Shown here: one piece after another, positions 26,946 through 37,311 of the stretch
Layout of the letters: each line of letters opens with the position of its first letter
How positions within the stretch are numbered: position 1 is the first letter of the stretch
Source: an uncultured beta proteobacterium
Lineage (GTDB): Bacteria; Pseudomonadota; Gammaproteobacteria; Burkholderiales; SG8-39
Direction of reading: 5' to 3'
Assembly: GCA_963754305.1 (NCBI GenBank)
Contig: CAVWFR010000034.1
Location: 5,452 to 69,451, forward strand
Length of the DNA stretch: 64,000 bases
Notes under the pieces: generated by a model
The model's database searches: none
Told to the model about the DNA's origin: nothing
What the model saw: the letters and a program-made list of their open reading frames with translations, nothing else
Program-made: the position numbers and the translations under genes

Positions 26946-28145
26946 CTACCGGATCCTGACCTCGGGGAGCGGAAATCCGTTGAAGCACGACGCGTATGCA
27001 GTGGTGTACGCGCCCGCGTTGCGGATGTAGATGAAGTCGCCGTCCTGCAGGTCGACGGGCAGCTCCTCGTCGCGCATGATGACGTCGACCGAGTCGCAGG
27101 TGGGACCGGCGATCGTCCACTTCACGTCGTGGCCGGCGCGGTCGGTGCGGATCTTGTACTTCAGACCCTCCGCGGTCTCGATGATCCCGCCAAAGAGCCC
27201 GGCATCCCAGTACATCCAGCGGGTGCCGTTGCGCGTGGCGGTACCGACGACCCGGCACACGAAGTAGCCGGCGTCGGAGACGAGATAGCGGCCCGGCTCG
27301 GCGATCACCCGCACCTCGGGCGGGAAGGCCTCGAGCGCCCGGTTGACCACCTCGCCGATCACCTCGATCGAGGGAATCGGCTTCACGTGCCGCACCGGAT
27401 AGCCGCCGCCGATGTTGAGCAGCCGCGGCTGCAAGCCCGCGGCGATCATCTGGTCGAACACCGCGCGCGCCTTCTCGATACCGACGCGCCAGTTCTCGGG
27501 GTTGCGGCACTGCGACCCGACGTGGAAGGTGACGCCTGCGAGATCCGCGCTCAGCGCGGCCGCGGCCGCGACCATCTCGGGGACCTCGGCGGTATGCGCC
27601 CCGAACTTGCCCGCGAGCGGCCAGTCGGCGCCGATGTTCGGCGTGTCGATGCGGAGGTAGAGCTTCGCGTGCGGCGCGACGGCGTGGACCTTCCGGAGCT
27701 CCTCGACCGCGTCGACCACGAACCACTCGACGCCCTTACCGGCGGCGTACGCGATCCACTCGCGCGCTTTCATGGGGTTGGAATAGAAAACCTGGGCCGG
27801 CGGCACGCCCAACCCGACGAGAAGATCGAGCTCGGCGACCGAAGCGATCTCGAACCCGGCCCCCTCCTCGATCAGCACGCGCAAGACCCGCGGATCGGGA
27901 TTCGCCTTCACCGCGTAGTGCGGCCGCACCCGCGGCATCGCGTCGAGGAATCGTCGCGTCTTCTCGCGGACGATGTCGTTGTCGACGAGGAGAAACGGCC
28001 GCGTGTACCCGTTCCTGGCGGCGGCCCGAACCGCCTCGAAGTCAAGGCTCGTCTCGGGGTGGGTGTCGAAGTACTGTTCGGGCCGTTGTGGCGGGTGGGC
28101 GCGGGCGGCAGCGGTCTTCGTGGGTGAGGCAACAGGGACAGGCAT
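26946..28145 (-). CDS. alanine-racemase-fold (group IV) PLP decarboxylase, ornithine/lysine decarboxylase type
   Basis: 399 aa. It has HYAVKANP (PLP lysine), NIGGGYP and EPGRY motifs, and a C-terminal GAYT. Confidence 0.85.
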   Translation of the reverse strand: MPVPVASPTKTAAARAHPPQRPEQYFDTHPETSLDFEAVRAAARNGYTRPFLLVDNDIVREKTRRFLDAMPRVRPHYAVKANPDPRVLRVLIEEGAGFEIASVAELDLLVGLGVPPAQVFYSNPMKAREWIAYAAGKGVEWFVVDAVEELRKVHAVAPHAKLYLRIDTPNIGADWPLAGKFGAHTAEVPEMVAAAAALSADLAGVTFHVGSQCRNPENWRVGIEKARAVFDQMIAAGLQPRLLNIGGGYPVRHVKPIPSIEVIGEVVNRALEAFPPEVRVIAEPGRYLVSDAGYFVCRVVGTATRNGTRWMYWDAGLFGGIIETAEGLKYKIRTDRAGHDVKWTIAGPTCDSVDVIMRDEELPVDLQDGDFIYIRNAGAYTTAYASCFNGFPLPEVRIR

Positions 28146-28270
28146 GCAACTCTCTCCGGGGGGCAGGGCCTCGACTAGCGCTTGATCACAATGCGACGCG
28201 ACGCTCTAGCGGTTCCTCTCGCCTGTCATGATGACCTCCTGCCCCAGTGCCCGCGTCGAACGCGTGCCGC

Positions 28271-28296
28271 AAAAAGAAAAAAGGCCAAGCGGCCTC
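28271..28296 (-). terminator. rho-independent terminator
   Basis: The minus strand reads AGGCCgcttGGCCT followed by TTTTTCTTTTT. It lies 209 nt downstream of the apbC stop. Confidence 0.5.
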
Positions 28297-28504
28297 CTTC
28301 GAAAAAGCCGTTCGGCCCAACGATTCGCGCGCGACTATACCCCCCACCCACGGAGGGGTCAACACCGTTTGGCAACGCACCTGCGAGCGCGTTACGCCAC
28401 CCCGACGCGTGCGGGGCAAGGTGTCATGGGAGGCAGGGTCGAACGGCGGCGCGGGACGCCGACCGCTCCGTCCAATCCGGAGGCGGCCGGCCAGTCAATC
28501 GGTT

Positions 28505-29593
28505 CTAAGTGTTCTGAACGACGATGTTCGGGAACTTCCCGGTCATGTCCTTCTGCAGCTCGCCGATCTTCACCGCCACCCGCCGCGCAATCGCGCGGTA
28601 GATCTCCGCGGTCCGCCCGTCCGGGTCGGCGACCACCGTCGGTGTGCCCGAGTCGGCTTGCTCGCGGATACGGATGTCGAGCGGAAGCGCGCCGAGGAGC
28701 TCGACGCCGTAATCCCTGCTCATCGCCGCGGCGCCGCCAGAGCCGAAGATGTGCTCCTCGTGGCCGCAATTCGAACAGACGTGTAGCGACATGTTCTCCA
28801 CGATGCCGAGGATCGGAATCCCCACCTTCTCGAACATCTTGAGGCCCTTGCGCGCGTCGATGAGCGCGATGTCCTGCGGCGTCGTCACGATCACCGCGCC
28901 GGTCACCGGCACCTTCTGCGCGAGCGTGAGCTGGATGTCGCCGGTGCCCGGCGGCAGGTCGACGACGAGGTAGTCGACGTCGCGCCAGCGGGTGTCCTTG
29001 AGGAGCTGCTCGAGCGCCTGCGTCACCATCGGGCCACGCCACACCATCGGCGTATCGACGTCGATCAGGAAACCGATCGAGATCGCCTGCAGGCCGTGGC
29101 CGTTCATCGGCTCGAGCGACTTGCCGTCCTTCGACTCGGGCCGGCCGGTGATGCCGAGCATCGTCGGTTGCGAGGGGCCGTAGATGTCCGCGTCGAGCAC
29201 GCCCACAGTTGCGCCTTCGGCCGCGAGCCCGAGCGCGAGATTGACCGCGGTGGTCGACTTGCCCACGCCGCCCTTGCCGGAGGCCACGGCGATGATGTTC
29301 TTCACCCCCGGGACGAGCTTCACGCCGCGCTGGACGACGTGGGCGGCGATGCGGGTGGTGACGTTCACGTTGACCGCGCCGACGTCCGCGAGCGAGCGCA
29401 GCTTCTGCAGCACGAGCTTGCGCATCGGCTCGACCTGCGTTTTCGCCGGGTAGGCGAGCTCCACCTCGACCGTGACGTCCTGGCCGGCGAGCCTGATGCT
29501 CTTCACCGAGCGCGTCGCGACGAGATCCTTGGCGGTATTAGGGTCGACGATCGTCTGTAGCGCGGACTGGACGTCCTGTTCTGTGAGGGGCAT
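28505..29593 (-). CDS. apbC: Fe-S cluster carrier ATPase ApbC/Mrp
   Basis: 362 aa. It has an N-terminal DUF59-like region, the deviant Walker A SGKGGVGKST, and the CxxC motif (CSNCGHE). Confidence 0.93.
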   Translation of the reverse strand: MPLTEQDVQSALQTIVDPNTAKDLVATRSVKSIRLAGQDVTVEVELAYPAKTQVEPMRKLVLQKLRSLADVGAVNVNVTTRIAAHVVQRGVKLVPGVKNIIAVASGKGGVGKSTTAVNLALGLAAEGATVGVLDADIYGPSQPTMLGITGRPESKDGKSLEPMNGHGLQAISIGFLIDVDTPMVWRGPMVTQALEQLLKDTRWRDVDYLVVDLPPGTGDIQLTLAQKVPVTGAVIVTTPQDIALIDARKGLKMFEKVGIPILGIVENMSLHVCSNCGHEEHIFGSGGAAAMSRDYGVELLGALPLDIRIREQADSGTPTVVADPDGRTAEIYRAIARRVAVKIGELQKDMTGKFPNIVVQNT

Positions 29594-29686
29594 GTTGCGA
29601 CTCCTGAGGGTGAAAGCAGTCTAGCAGAGTCGATTTGGTGGGTTATCCACGCTAAACTCAGGGGTTAACTGCCGACGCCGCGCCCG

Positions 29687-31771
29687 ATGTCCCGCCTCCC
29701 GTCCCGCCGCCTGTTCGTCACCACCGCCCTGCCGTACGCGAACGGCTCGTTCCACATCGGCCATATCATGGAGTACATCCAGGCCGACATCTGGGTGCGA
29801 TTCCAGCGCATGCGGGGCCACGCGGTGCACTTCGTGGGCGCGGACGACGCGCACGGCGCGCCGATCATGCTGAAGGCCGAGGCCGAGGGGATTTCGCCGC
29901 AGGCGCTCGTCGCGCGGATCGCCGCCGAGCGCCCGCGCTACCTCGAGGGCTTTCACATCTCCTTCGACAACTGGCACTCGACGGACTCGCCCGAGAACGT
30001 TGCGCTGTCGCAGGACATCTACCGCCGGCTCCAGCAGGCCGGCTTGGTGTACACGCGCACGATCGAGCAGCTCTATGACCCGGTGAAAGGGATGTTCCTC
30101 GCCGACCGCTACATCAAGGGGGAGTGTCCCGTCTGCGGCACCAAGGATCAATACGGCGACGCCTGCGAGAACTGCAGCAGCGTTTACGCGCCGACCGACT
30201 TGAAGAACCCGTACTCGACGCTCTCCGGCGCGACGCCGGTGCTGAAGTCGTCCGAGCATTACTTCTTCCGCCTGTCCGATCCGAAGTGCGTCGCTTTCCT
30301 GAAGGCGTGGACGCAAGACGGGCGGCTGCAATCGCAGGTCGCGAACAAGGCCCGGGAGTGGCTCGAGGGCGAAGGCGACAAGGCGCTCGCCGACTGGGAC
30401 ATCTCGCGCGATGCGCCGTACTTCGGGATTCCGATCCCCGATGCGCCGGGCAAGTACTTCTATGTCTGGCTCGACGCGCCGATCGGCTATCTCGCGTCGC
30501 TCAAGAACTACTTCGAGTCCGGCAAGGCGGCCGCCAACGGCGAACGCCGGAGCTTCGAGGAATTCCTCTCCGCCCCGGACACCGAGCAGATCCATTTCAT
30601 CGGCAAGGACATCATCTACTTCCACACGCTCTTCTGGCCGGCCATGCTGAAGTTCGCGGGCGCGCCCTATCGCGTGCCGGACAACGTCTACGTGCACGGC
30701 TTCATCACGTTCACGGGCGAGAAGATGTCGAAATCCCGCGGCACGGGCGTCAGCCCGCTCCGGTACCTCGAGCTCGGGATGAACCCGGAGTGGCTGCGCT
30801 ACTACATCGGCGCCAAGCTGAGCGCCAACGTCGAGGACGTGGATTTCAATCCGGACGACTTCGTGGCGCGTGTGAACTCGGATCTCGTCGGCAAGTACGT
30901 GAACATCGCCAGTCGGTGCGCCGCGTTCATCGTGAAGCGCTTCGACGGCGCGCTGGCGCGGCCCGACTTCACGCCGGACCTCGAAGCCGCATTCGCGTCG
31001 GCGGCGGATGGCATCCGAGACGACTACGAAGCACGCGAGTTCGGCAAGGCGCTGCGGAAGATCATGCAGCTCGCCGATCTCGCCAACCAGTACGTCGATC
31101 AGCGCAAGCCGTGGGAGCTCGCCAGACAGCCGGGCGAGGCCGCGGCGCTGCACTCGGTCTGCTCGACGGCGCTCGCCCTCTTCCGCGATTTGACGCTCTA
31201 CCTCAAGCCGGTGATGCCGAGCGTGGCGGCGACCGTGGAGCAGTTCCTGAACATCCCCCCGCTGCGGTGGCAGGATGCGTGGAAGCATCTGCCCGCGGGC
31301 CACCGTATCAACGCGTATCAGCACCTCATGACCCGGATCGATCCCAAGCAGGTACAGGCGCTGGTCGGACTGAGCGGGGAGCCGACGGTCGCGGCGCCGC
31401 CCCCCGCCTCCCCGCCCGGCGCGGCACCCGCGAAGGTCGACGGAAGCGAGATCTCGATCGACGATTTCGCGAAGATCGACCTGCGCGTGGCGAAGGTCGT
31501 CGCCGCCGACCACGTCGACGGTGCGGACAAGCTCGTGAAGCTGACGGTCGACCTCGGCGGCGAGATGCGGACGCTCTTCGCCGGCATCAAGTCCGCCTAC
31601 CAGCCGTCGCAGCTCGTCGGCCGGCTCACCGTCGTCGTCGCGAACCTCGCGCCGCGCAAGATGCGCTTCGGCACCTCCGAGGGAATGGTGCTTGCCGCCG
31701 CCGGCGAAGGTCCCGGCATTTTCCTGCTCGCGCCCGATTCGGGCGCCCAGCCCGGCATGCGCGTGAAGTAG
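29687..31771 (+). CDS. metG: methionine--tRNA ligase
   Basis: 694 aa. HIGH (SFHIGH) and KMSKS motifs and Zn-knuckle cysteines are present. The C-terminus is a tRNA-binding (EMAP/Trbp111-like) domain. Confidence 0.97.
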   Translation: MSRLPSRRLFVTTALPYANGSFHIGHIMEYIQADIWVRFQRMRGHAVHFVGADDAHGAPIMLKAEAEGISPQALVARIAAERPRYLEGFHISFDNWHSTDSPENVALSQDIYRRLQQAGLVYTRTIEQLYDPVKGMFLADRYIKGECPVCGTKDQYGDACENCSSVYAPTDLKNPYSTLSGATPVLKSSEHYFFRLSDPKCVAFLKAWTQDGRLQSQVANKAREWLEGEGDKALADWDISRDAPYFGIPIPDAPGKYFYVWLDAPIGYLASLKNYFESGKAAANGERRSFEEFLSAPDTEQIHFIGKDIIYFHTLFWPAMLKFAGAPYRVPDNVYVHGFITFTGEKMSKSRGTGVSPLRYLELGMNPEWLRYYIGAKLSANVEDVDFNPDDFVARVNSDLVGKYVNIASRCAAFIVKRFDGALARPDFTPDLEAAFASAADGIRDDYEAREFGKALRKIMQLADLANQYVDQRKPWELARQPGEAAALHSVCSTALALFRDLTLYLKPVMPSVAATVEQFLNIPPLRWQDAWKHLPAGHRINAYQHLMTRIDPKQVQALVGLSGEPTVAAPPPASPPGAAPAKVDGSEISIDDFAKIDLRVAKVVAADHVDGADKLVKLTVDLGGEMRTLFAGIKSAYQPSQLVGRLTVVVANLAPRKMRFGTSEGMVLAAAGEGPGIFLLAPDSGAQPGMRVK

Positions 31772-31791
31772 CGCGGGCCGACGGTCCAGCG

Positions 31792-32802
31792 ATGTCTGAC
31801 GCGAACGGGAGCGCCGCCTACGCGAGCCTGGTGTTCTTGGGCGTCGCCGATTTCGCGCGGAAGCCGGTCGCCGAACAGGCCGGGCTGCGGGAGCGCCTCG
31901 ATGCGGCGGTCGTGCGCGCGCTCGCGGCCCTCGCCCCCGCCGACCGCATCGTGGCCGATGCGTCCGACGGCGTCGCGGTCGCCGTTCTCGGCGTACCGGC
32001 CGACGCCCTTCTCCTTGCGCGGCGGATGCGGCGCCTCGCGCGCGGCGAGGGCGGCGAGCCTTTCCCGATCAGGATCGGCGTCAACCACGGCCCGATCCGG
32101 CTCGGCGCCGACGATCACGGGGAGCCCTGCCTCGTCGGCGACGGTGTGGTCGCGGGCGCCGCGGTCGCGGGATTCTCCGCGCCCGATCGCATTCTCGTCT
32201 CGCGGTCGTTCCGCGATGCGCTCGAGCCGGCGGATCCCGAGCGCGCTGCGCGCCTGCGGGCTGCCGGCACGCAGACCGACGCGAGCTTGCGGTCCTACGA
32301 GCTTTACTCGTTCGAGACTACGGGCAGCGACCCGGGCGCGGCCACCACGGGAACAAGCGCATTCGCGCAGGCAGAGAGTGCCGCGCCGCCGGCGCCTCGC
32401 CGCCGCTTGCTGCTCGTCGGGGGAGCGAGCGTCGCCGGCATTCTAGCCGCCGGCATCGTCGCGCGCGTCGCGCGGCGCGCCGTGCAGGAGGCAAAGCGCC
32501 CGGCCGTGGTCGAGCTGGCGATCCTGCCGTGGGGCGAGGTCATGATCGATGGGGTCTCCAAAGGGAGGACCCCACCGCTGAAGCGGCTCGAGGTTCCGCC
32601 CGGCAAGCACACGATCGAGATTCGTCATCCCGCCCATCCGCCGGTTGCGCTCAAGGTGGCGCTCGACGCGGGCGAGGAGCTGAACGTGCGGCACACCTTC
32701 GCGCCGGTCGCCGCGCCGCCCGCGCAGTCGCAACCCCGCGAGCCGCAGCCCTCCCGCGCGCGCCGGATGTGGAACGACTTCCGCAAGCAGGCCGGGTTCT
32801 AG
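31792..32802 (+). CDS. membrane protein with degenerate class III nucleotidyl-cyclase-like domain, one TM helix and a C-terminal PEGA domain
   Basis: Starts MSDANGSAAYASLVFLGVADFARK. A cyclase-like core is visible (IRIGVNHGPIRLG, LVGDGV). The TM helix is LLLVGGASVAGILAAGIVA. The PEGA-like block is ILPWGEVMIDGVSKGRTPP..VPPGKHTIEIRH. Confidence 0.6.
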   Translation: MSDANGSAAYASLVFLGVADFARKPVAEQAGLRERLDAAVVRALAALAPADRIVADASDGVAVAVLGVPADALLLARRMRRLARGEGGEPFPIRIGVNHGPIRLGADDHGEPCLVGDGVVAGAAVAGFSAPDRILVSRSFRDALEPADPERAARLRAAGTQTDASLRSYELYSFETTGSDPGAATTGTSAFAQAESAAPPAPRRRLLLVGGASVAGILAAGIVARVARRAVQEAKRPAVVELAILPWGEVMIDGVSKGRTPPLKRLEVPPGKHTIEIRHPAHPPVALKVALDAGEELNVRHTFAPVAAPPAQSQPREPQPSRARRMWNDFRKQAGF

Positions 32803-32890
32803 TCGAACGCGAGAACCGATGTCGAAGGCAGCGCCTTTCCCGACTTCGGGGAGCACCAGGGGATGTGGCCCCTCGTGTCGTGACTAAGCC

Positions 32891-34207
32891 GTGAGCGAGC
32901 CCGAGCGCCTCGGCCGGTACACGCTGCAGGGCGAGCTCGGGCGCGGCGCGATGGGCATCGTCTACCGCGCCTCGGATGCGATGCTGAACCGCACGGTGGC
33001 GATCAAGACGATCAACGTCGCGGCCGATCCCGCCGAGCGCGAAGAGTACGAGAAGCGCTTCTACCAGGAGGCGAGGGCGGCCGGCGGCCTCAGCCATCCG
33101 AACATCGTCACCATCTACGACATCGGCAACGCCGGGGACGTCGTCTACATGGCGATGGAGTTCGTCCAGGGGAGCGAGCTGACGAGCCTGCTCGACGGCC
33201 GCGTCGTCGACCCCGCGCAGGCGCTCGACATCGGCGCGCAGATCGCCGATGGCCTCGCGTATGCCCACGAGCGCGGCGTCGTGCATCGCGACGTGAAGCC
33301 GGCCAACATCATGGTCGAGCGCGGCGGCCGGGCGAAGATCATGGACTTCGGCATCGCGCGGATGCGTTCGTCGGACGTGAAGACGCAGACCGGGATCCTG
33401 CTCGGCTCGCCGAAGTACATGGCGCCGGAGCAACTGCTCGGCCGCGGTGTCGATCATCGGTGCGACATCTTCGCGCTCGGCGTGGTGCTCTACGAGATGG
33501 CGGCGGGCGTCCCGCCCTTCTCCGGCGACGACATCACGCAGATCATGTACCGGATCGTCCACTCGAACCCGCCGGCGCCGAGCGCGGTCAACGCGCGGCT
33601 GCCCGCGATCCTCGACCTCGTCCTCGCGCGCGCGTTGGCGAAAGATCCGGACGCGCGCTACCAGAGCGCCGCCGAGCTCGCCGCGGATCTGCGCGCCGCC
33701 CGCGTGCAGCTCCTCGCGGCCATGCCGCCGCGCGGGCAAGAGGACAAGACGGACGAAGAGGACGACGCGAGCCAGACCCTCCCGATCGGCTCGCTCTCGC
33801 TGCCGCCACGCGAAGAGAAGACCCCGGCCCGAGCGCTGGCCCCTGAGCAGATCCCTGCGCGGCCCGATCCTCAGCCCAAACCGCAGACCGGGCCGCCGCC
33901 CAAGCCGGAGCGGGCCGAGCCGGGCGCCCGGCTCCGCATCTCGCGACGCTTCGACTCGACCGAGGCGATGCGGCGGCTTGCCGCAAGCTCCGGCGACGCG
34001 TTCGAGCGCACGGTGAAGCTGGACTTCGCGGCGCTCGGTGCGTCGAGCGAGCCGCCGGCGCTCGGGGGGCCGCAGCCGGCCGCGCCGCTGTCCGGATCAT
34101 CCGCGGCGCCGCCCGCAACGCAGGAGCGCGGCGGGCGCGAGCGGTTTGGCCTATGGGCGAGTGTTACCATCGCGGCGCTCGTCGCGCTCGTCATCGCGCT
34201 CGGCTGA
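32891..34207 (+). CDS. Hanks-type Ser/Thr protein kinase with C-terminal membrane anchor
   Basis: 438 aa. Motifs seen: GRGAMGIVY, VAIK, HRDVKPAN, DFGIA and APEQ. A Pro-rich linker leads to the terminal TM helix WASVTIAALVALVIALG. Confidence 0.85.
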   Translation: MSEPERLGRYTLQGELGRGAMGIVYRASDAMLNRTVAIKTINVAADPAEREEYEKRFYQEARAAGGLSHPNIVTIYDIGNAGDVVYMAMEFVQGSELTSLLDGRVVDPAQALDIGAQIADGLAYAHERGVVHRDVKPANIMVERGGRAKIMDFGIARMRSSDVKTQTGILLGSPKYMAPEQLLGRGVDHRCDIFALGVVLYEMAAGVPPFSGDDITQIMYRIVHSNPPAPSAVNARLPAILDLVLARALAKDPDARYQSAAELAADLRAARVQLLAAMPPRGQEDKTDEEDDASQTLPIGSLSLPPREEKTPARALAPEQIPARPDPQPKPQTGPPPKPERAEPGARLRISRRFDSTEAMRRLAASSGDAFERTVKLDFAALGASSEPPALGGPQPAAPLSGSSAAPPATQERGGRERFGLWASVTIAALVALVIALG

Positions 34208-34343
34208 GGACGCCAGAACAAAACAAGATGGCCACAGCGGACACAGCGATCCCGGAGCAGGAAGCTCGAACGTCGATCGCTCCGATCCTCGCTCCGGTCC
34301 CCGCTCTGATCCCCGTTGTCCGCCGCGGGCGCGCTCCCCTGAC

Positions 34344-36347
34344 GTGATCACCTCGCCCCTCGGCCTCACGCTCGCGATCGCGCTCGCCTGGCTCGCAGTC
34401 GCCGCGCTCGGCCTGGCGGCGCCGCGCGCCTTGCGCTACGTCGCCCGCGTGCTGTTCCCGCTCGGCGCCGTGCTCGGGCTCGCGCTCGCCGGCGTGGCGC
34501 TCGCGGGGATCACCGCGCCGCCGCACATCTACGTCGCGCCCCTGGGGCTGCCCGACCTGCCGTTCCACTTCCGGATGGACGCGCTGTCGGCGTTCTTCCT
34601 CTTCCTCCTCGGCGCGGTCGCCGCCGGGGTGTCGGTGTTCGCGGCCGGCTACATGCGCGCGGGCGAGGGCACCGCGCCGGGCCTCCAGTGCCTCTGGTAC
34701 CACCTCTTTCTTGCCAGCATGGCGTTGGTGCTGGTCGCCGACGATGCCTACGGCTTCATGGTCGCGTGGGAGTCGATGGCGGTGTCGTCGTTCTTCCTCG
34801 TGACGAGCGACCACCGCCAGGCGGAGATCCGCCGCGCGGGCTATCTCTACCTCCTGATCGCGCACGTCGGTGCGATCGCGATCCTGCTCTGTTTCGGCGT
34901 GCTCCAGGGCGGAACCCACGACTACACGTTCGGCGCGATGCGCGCCGTCCAGCTCGCGCCCTTCTGGGCGACGGTCGCGTTCCTGCTCGCGCTCTTCGGT
35001 TTCGGCGCCAAAGCCGGCATCCTGCCGCTGCACGTCTGGCTGCCCGAGGCCCACCCGGCCGCGCCCTCCCCGGTGTCGGCGCTGATGAGCGCGGTGATGC
35101 TCAAGACCGCGATCTACGGGCTGCTGCGCGTCACCTTCGACCTCCTCCACACCCAGGTCTGGTGGTGGGGCGTCCTCGCGCTTGCGATCGGGCTCGCGAC
35201 TGCGATCTTCGGCGTGGTGTTCAGCGCCGTGCAGAGCGACATGAAGCGCCTGCTCGCCTATTCGTCGATCGAGAACATCGGCTTCGTCGTCGTCGGGTTC
35301 GGTCTCACCGTCACCTTCGCTGCCTACGGCATGGGCTCGCTCGCCGCGCTCGCGCTGACCGCGACGCTCTACCACTGCTTGAACCACGCCTACTTCAAGA
35401 GCCTCCTCTTTCTCGCGACCGGATCGGTGCTGCACGCGACGCGCGAGCGCGCGCTCGGCCGGCTCGGCGGGCTCATCCATCGCATGCCCTGGGTCGCCTG
35501 GCTCGCGCTCGTGGGCGCGCTCGCCACCGCCGGGCTGCCGCCGCTCAACGGCTTCGTCTCGGAATGGCTGCTGCTGCAGGCGTTCCTCTTCACGCCGGGG
35601 CTGCCCGACAGCTATCTCAACATGCTGGTCCCGCTCGCAGCCGCGGCGGTCGTGCTCGCCGCCGCGCTCTCCGCGTACGTCATGGTGAAGTTCTTCGGCA
35701 TCGTGTTCCTCGGCCAGCCGCGCGAGGCGAAGCTCGCCGAGGCACACGACGCCGGCATCTGGCAGCGGATCGGCCTCACCTGGCTCGCGGCCGGCTGCGT
35801 CGGTCTCGGCATCTTCCCGGTCCAGGTCATCGGCCTGATCGACTTCGTCACCGGCCCGCTGACCGGAACGACGCTCTCCGCGGCGACCGCCCGCAGCCAC
35901 TGGATCTTCCTCGCGCCGATGGATCCCCAGCGCGCGAGCTACTCGCCGCTGCTCTTCGTGGTCGGCCTCGCGGTGGTGACGCTCGCCGCCTGGCTCGCGG
36001 TGCGCCGCTTCTACCACGGCCGCGTGCGGCGGGCGCCGCCCTGGGACTGCGGGTTCCCGCTGCTGAACGCCCGGATGCAGGACACCGCCGAAGGCTTCGG
36101 CCAGCCGGTGCGGGTGGTGTTCGAGCCGTTCTTCCGCACGGAGCGCGAGCTGCCCGCCCCTGCGGACGCCGCGCCGCGTTACCGGGTCGTGGTGGAAGAC
36201 CCGCTCTGGTACTGGGTGTACGTGCCGGTCGTGCGCATCGTCGAGCGCATCACACGCTTCGTCACCGTGCTCCAGCGCGGCCGGATCTCGGTCTACCTCA
36301 TGTACAGCTTCGCCACGCTCCTGGTGCTGCTGTTCCTCGTGCGGTGA
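34344..36347 (+). CDS. module 1: HyfB/NuoL-like antiporter-type membrane subunit
   Basis: A GTG at 34344 gives (M)ITSPLGLTLAIALAWL, 667 aa (E. coli HyfB is about 670 aa). It has a Mrp/NuoL-type proton-pumping-subunit pattern, for example WLPEAHPAAPSPVSALMSAV. Confidence 0.85.
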   Translation: MITSPLGLTLAIALAWLAVAALGLAAPRALRYVARVLFPLGAVLGLALAGVALAGITAPPHIYVAPLGLPDLPFHFRMDALSAFFLFLLGAVAAGVSVFAAGYMRAGEGTAPGLQCLWYHLFLASMALVLVADDAYGFMVAWESMAVSSFFLVTSDHRQAEIRRAGYLYLLIAHVGAIAILLCFGVLQGGTHDYTFGAMRAVQLAPFWATVAFLLALFGFGAKAGILPLHVWLPEAHPAAPSPVSALMSAVMLKTAIYGLLRVTFDLLHTQVWWWGVLALAIGLATAIFGVVFSAVQSDMKRLLAYSSIENIGFVVVGFGLTVTFAAYGMGSLAALALTATLYHCLNHAYFKSLLFLATGSVLHATRERALGRLGGLIHRMPWVAWLALVGALATAGLPPLNGFVSEWLLLQAFLFTPGLPDSYLNMLVPLAAAAVVLAAALSAYVMVKFFGIVFLGQPREAKLAEAHDAGIWQRIGLTWLAAGCVGLGIFPVQVIGLIDFVTGPLTGTTLSAATARSHWIFLAPMDPQRASYSPLLFVVGLAVVTLAAWLAVRRFYHGRVRRAPPWDCGFPLLNARMQDTAEGFGQPVRVVFEPFFRTERELPAPADAAPRYRVVVEDPLWYWVYVPVVRIVERITRFVTVLQRGRISVYLMYSFATLLVLLFLVR

Positions 36348-36354
36348 GGCGCGT

Positions 36355-37311
36355 ATGAGTTTCTCATGGTCCGGCGCCGCCGCACAGCTCACCGAGCTGG
36401 TGCTCGCGATACTCCTCGCGCCGCTCCTCCTCGGGTGGGTGAACCAGTGCCGCGCCTGGCTGCAGAACAAGAGCGGACCCGGAGTGCTGCGGCCGTACCT
36501 CGTGCTGCGCAAGCTCGTCGCCAAGGACGCGATCGTCGCGCACGGCGCATCCCCGCTCTTTCGTGTCGTGCCGTACGTGCTCTTCGGTGCGATGTGCATG
36601 GCGGCGGCGATCGTGCCGACGCTCGGCACCGACCTCCCCTACGCGCCGGCGGCGGACGCGATCGCGCTGGTCGGCATCCTCGCGCTCGCGCGGGTCGCGC
36701 TCGCGCTCGCCGCGATGGACATCGGCACCGCGTTCGGCTCGCTCGGCGCGCGGCGCGAGATGATGGTCGGCTTCCTCGCCGAGCCGGCGCTGCTGATTGT
36801 GCTCTTCACCGCCTCCCTCATCAGCCAGACGACCTCGCTCGCGACCACGGTCGAGACGCTCTCGCACCGCGAGCTCGCGATCTACCCGAGCCTCGCCTTC
36901 GCCGGCGTCGCGTTCACCATGGTGTCGCTCGCCGAGAACGCGCGCATCCCGGTCGACAACCCGGCGACGCACCTCGAGCTGACGATGATCCACGAGGCGA
37001 TGATCCTCGAGTACTCCGGGCGCCATCTCGCGCTCGTCGAGTGGGCCGCGAGCCTCAAGCTCTTCGTCTACTCCTGCATCGGCATCGCGCTCTTCTTCCC
37101 GTTCGGCATCGCCGAGGGCGGCGATGCTACGGGGATGCTGCTCGCGCTGCCCGCGCTCGTCCTCAAGCTCGCCATCGGCGGATTCCTGCTGGCGCTGATC
37201 GAAACGCTGTCGGCGAAGATGCGCATCTTCCGTGCCCCGGAGTTCCTCGGCACCGCGTTCATGCTCGCGGTGCTCGCGCTGCTGCTGCACACTTTTCTGG
37301 AGACCTCGTGA
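36355..37311 (+). CDS. module 1: HyfC/HycD/NuoH-like membrane subunit
   Basis: 318 aa. It has the hallmark ENARIPVDNPATHLELTMIHEAMILEYSGR. Confidence 0.85.
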   Translation: MSFSWSGAAAQLTELVLAILLAPLLLGWVNQCRAWLQNKSGPGVLRPYLVLRKLVAKDAIVAHGASPLFRVVPYVLFGAMCMAAAIVPTLGTDLPYAPAADAIALVGILALARVALALAAMDIGTAFGSLGARREMMVGFLAEPALLIVLFTASLISQTTSLATTVETLSHRELAIYPSLAFAGVAFTMVSLAENARIPVDNPATHLELTMIHEAMILEYSGRHLALVEWAASLKLFVYSCIGIALFFPFGIAEGGDATGMLLALPALVLKLAIGGFLLALIETLSAKMRIFRAPEFLGTAFMLAVLALLLHTFLETS

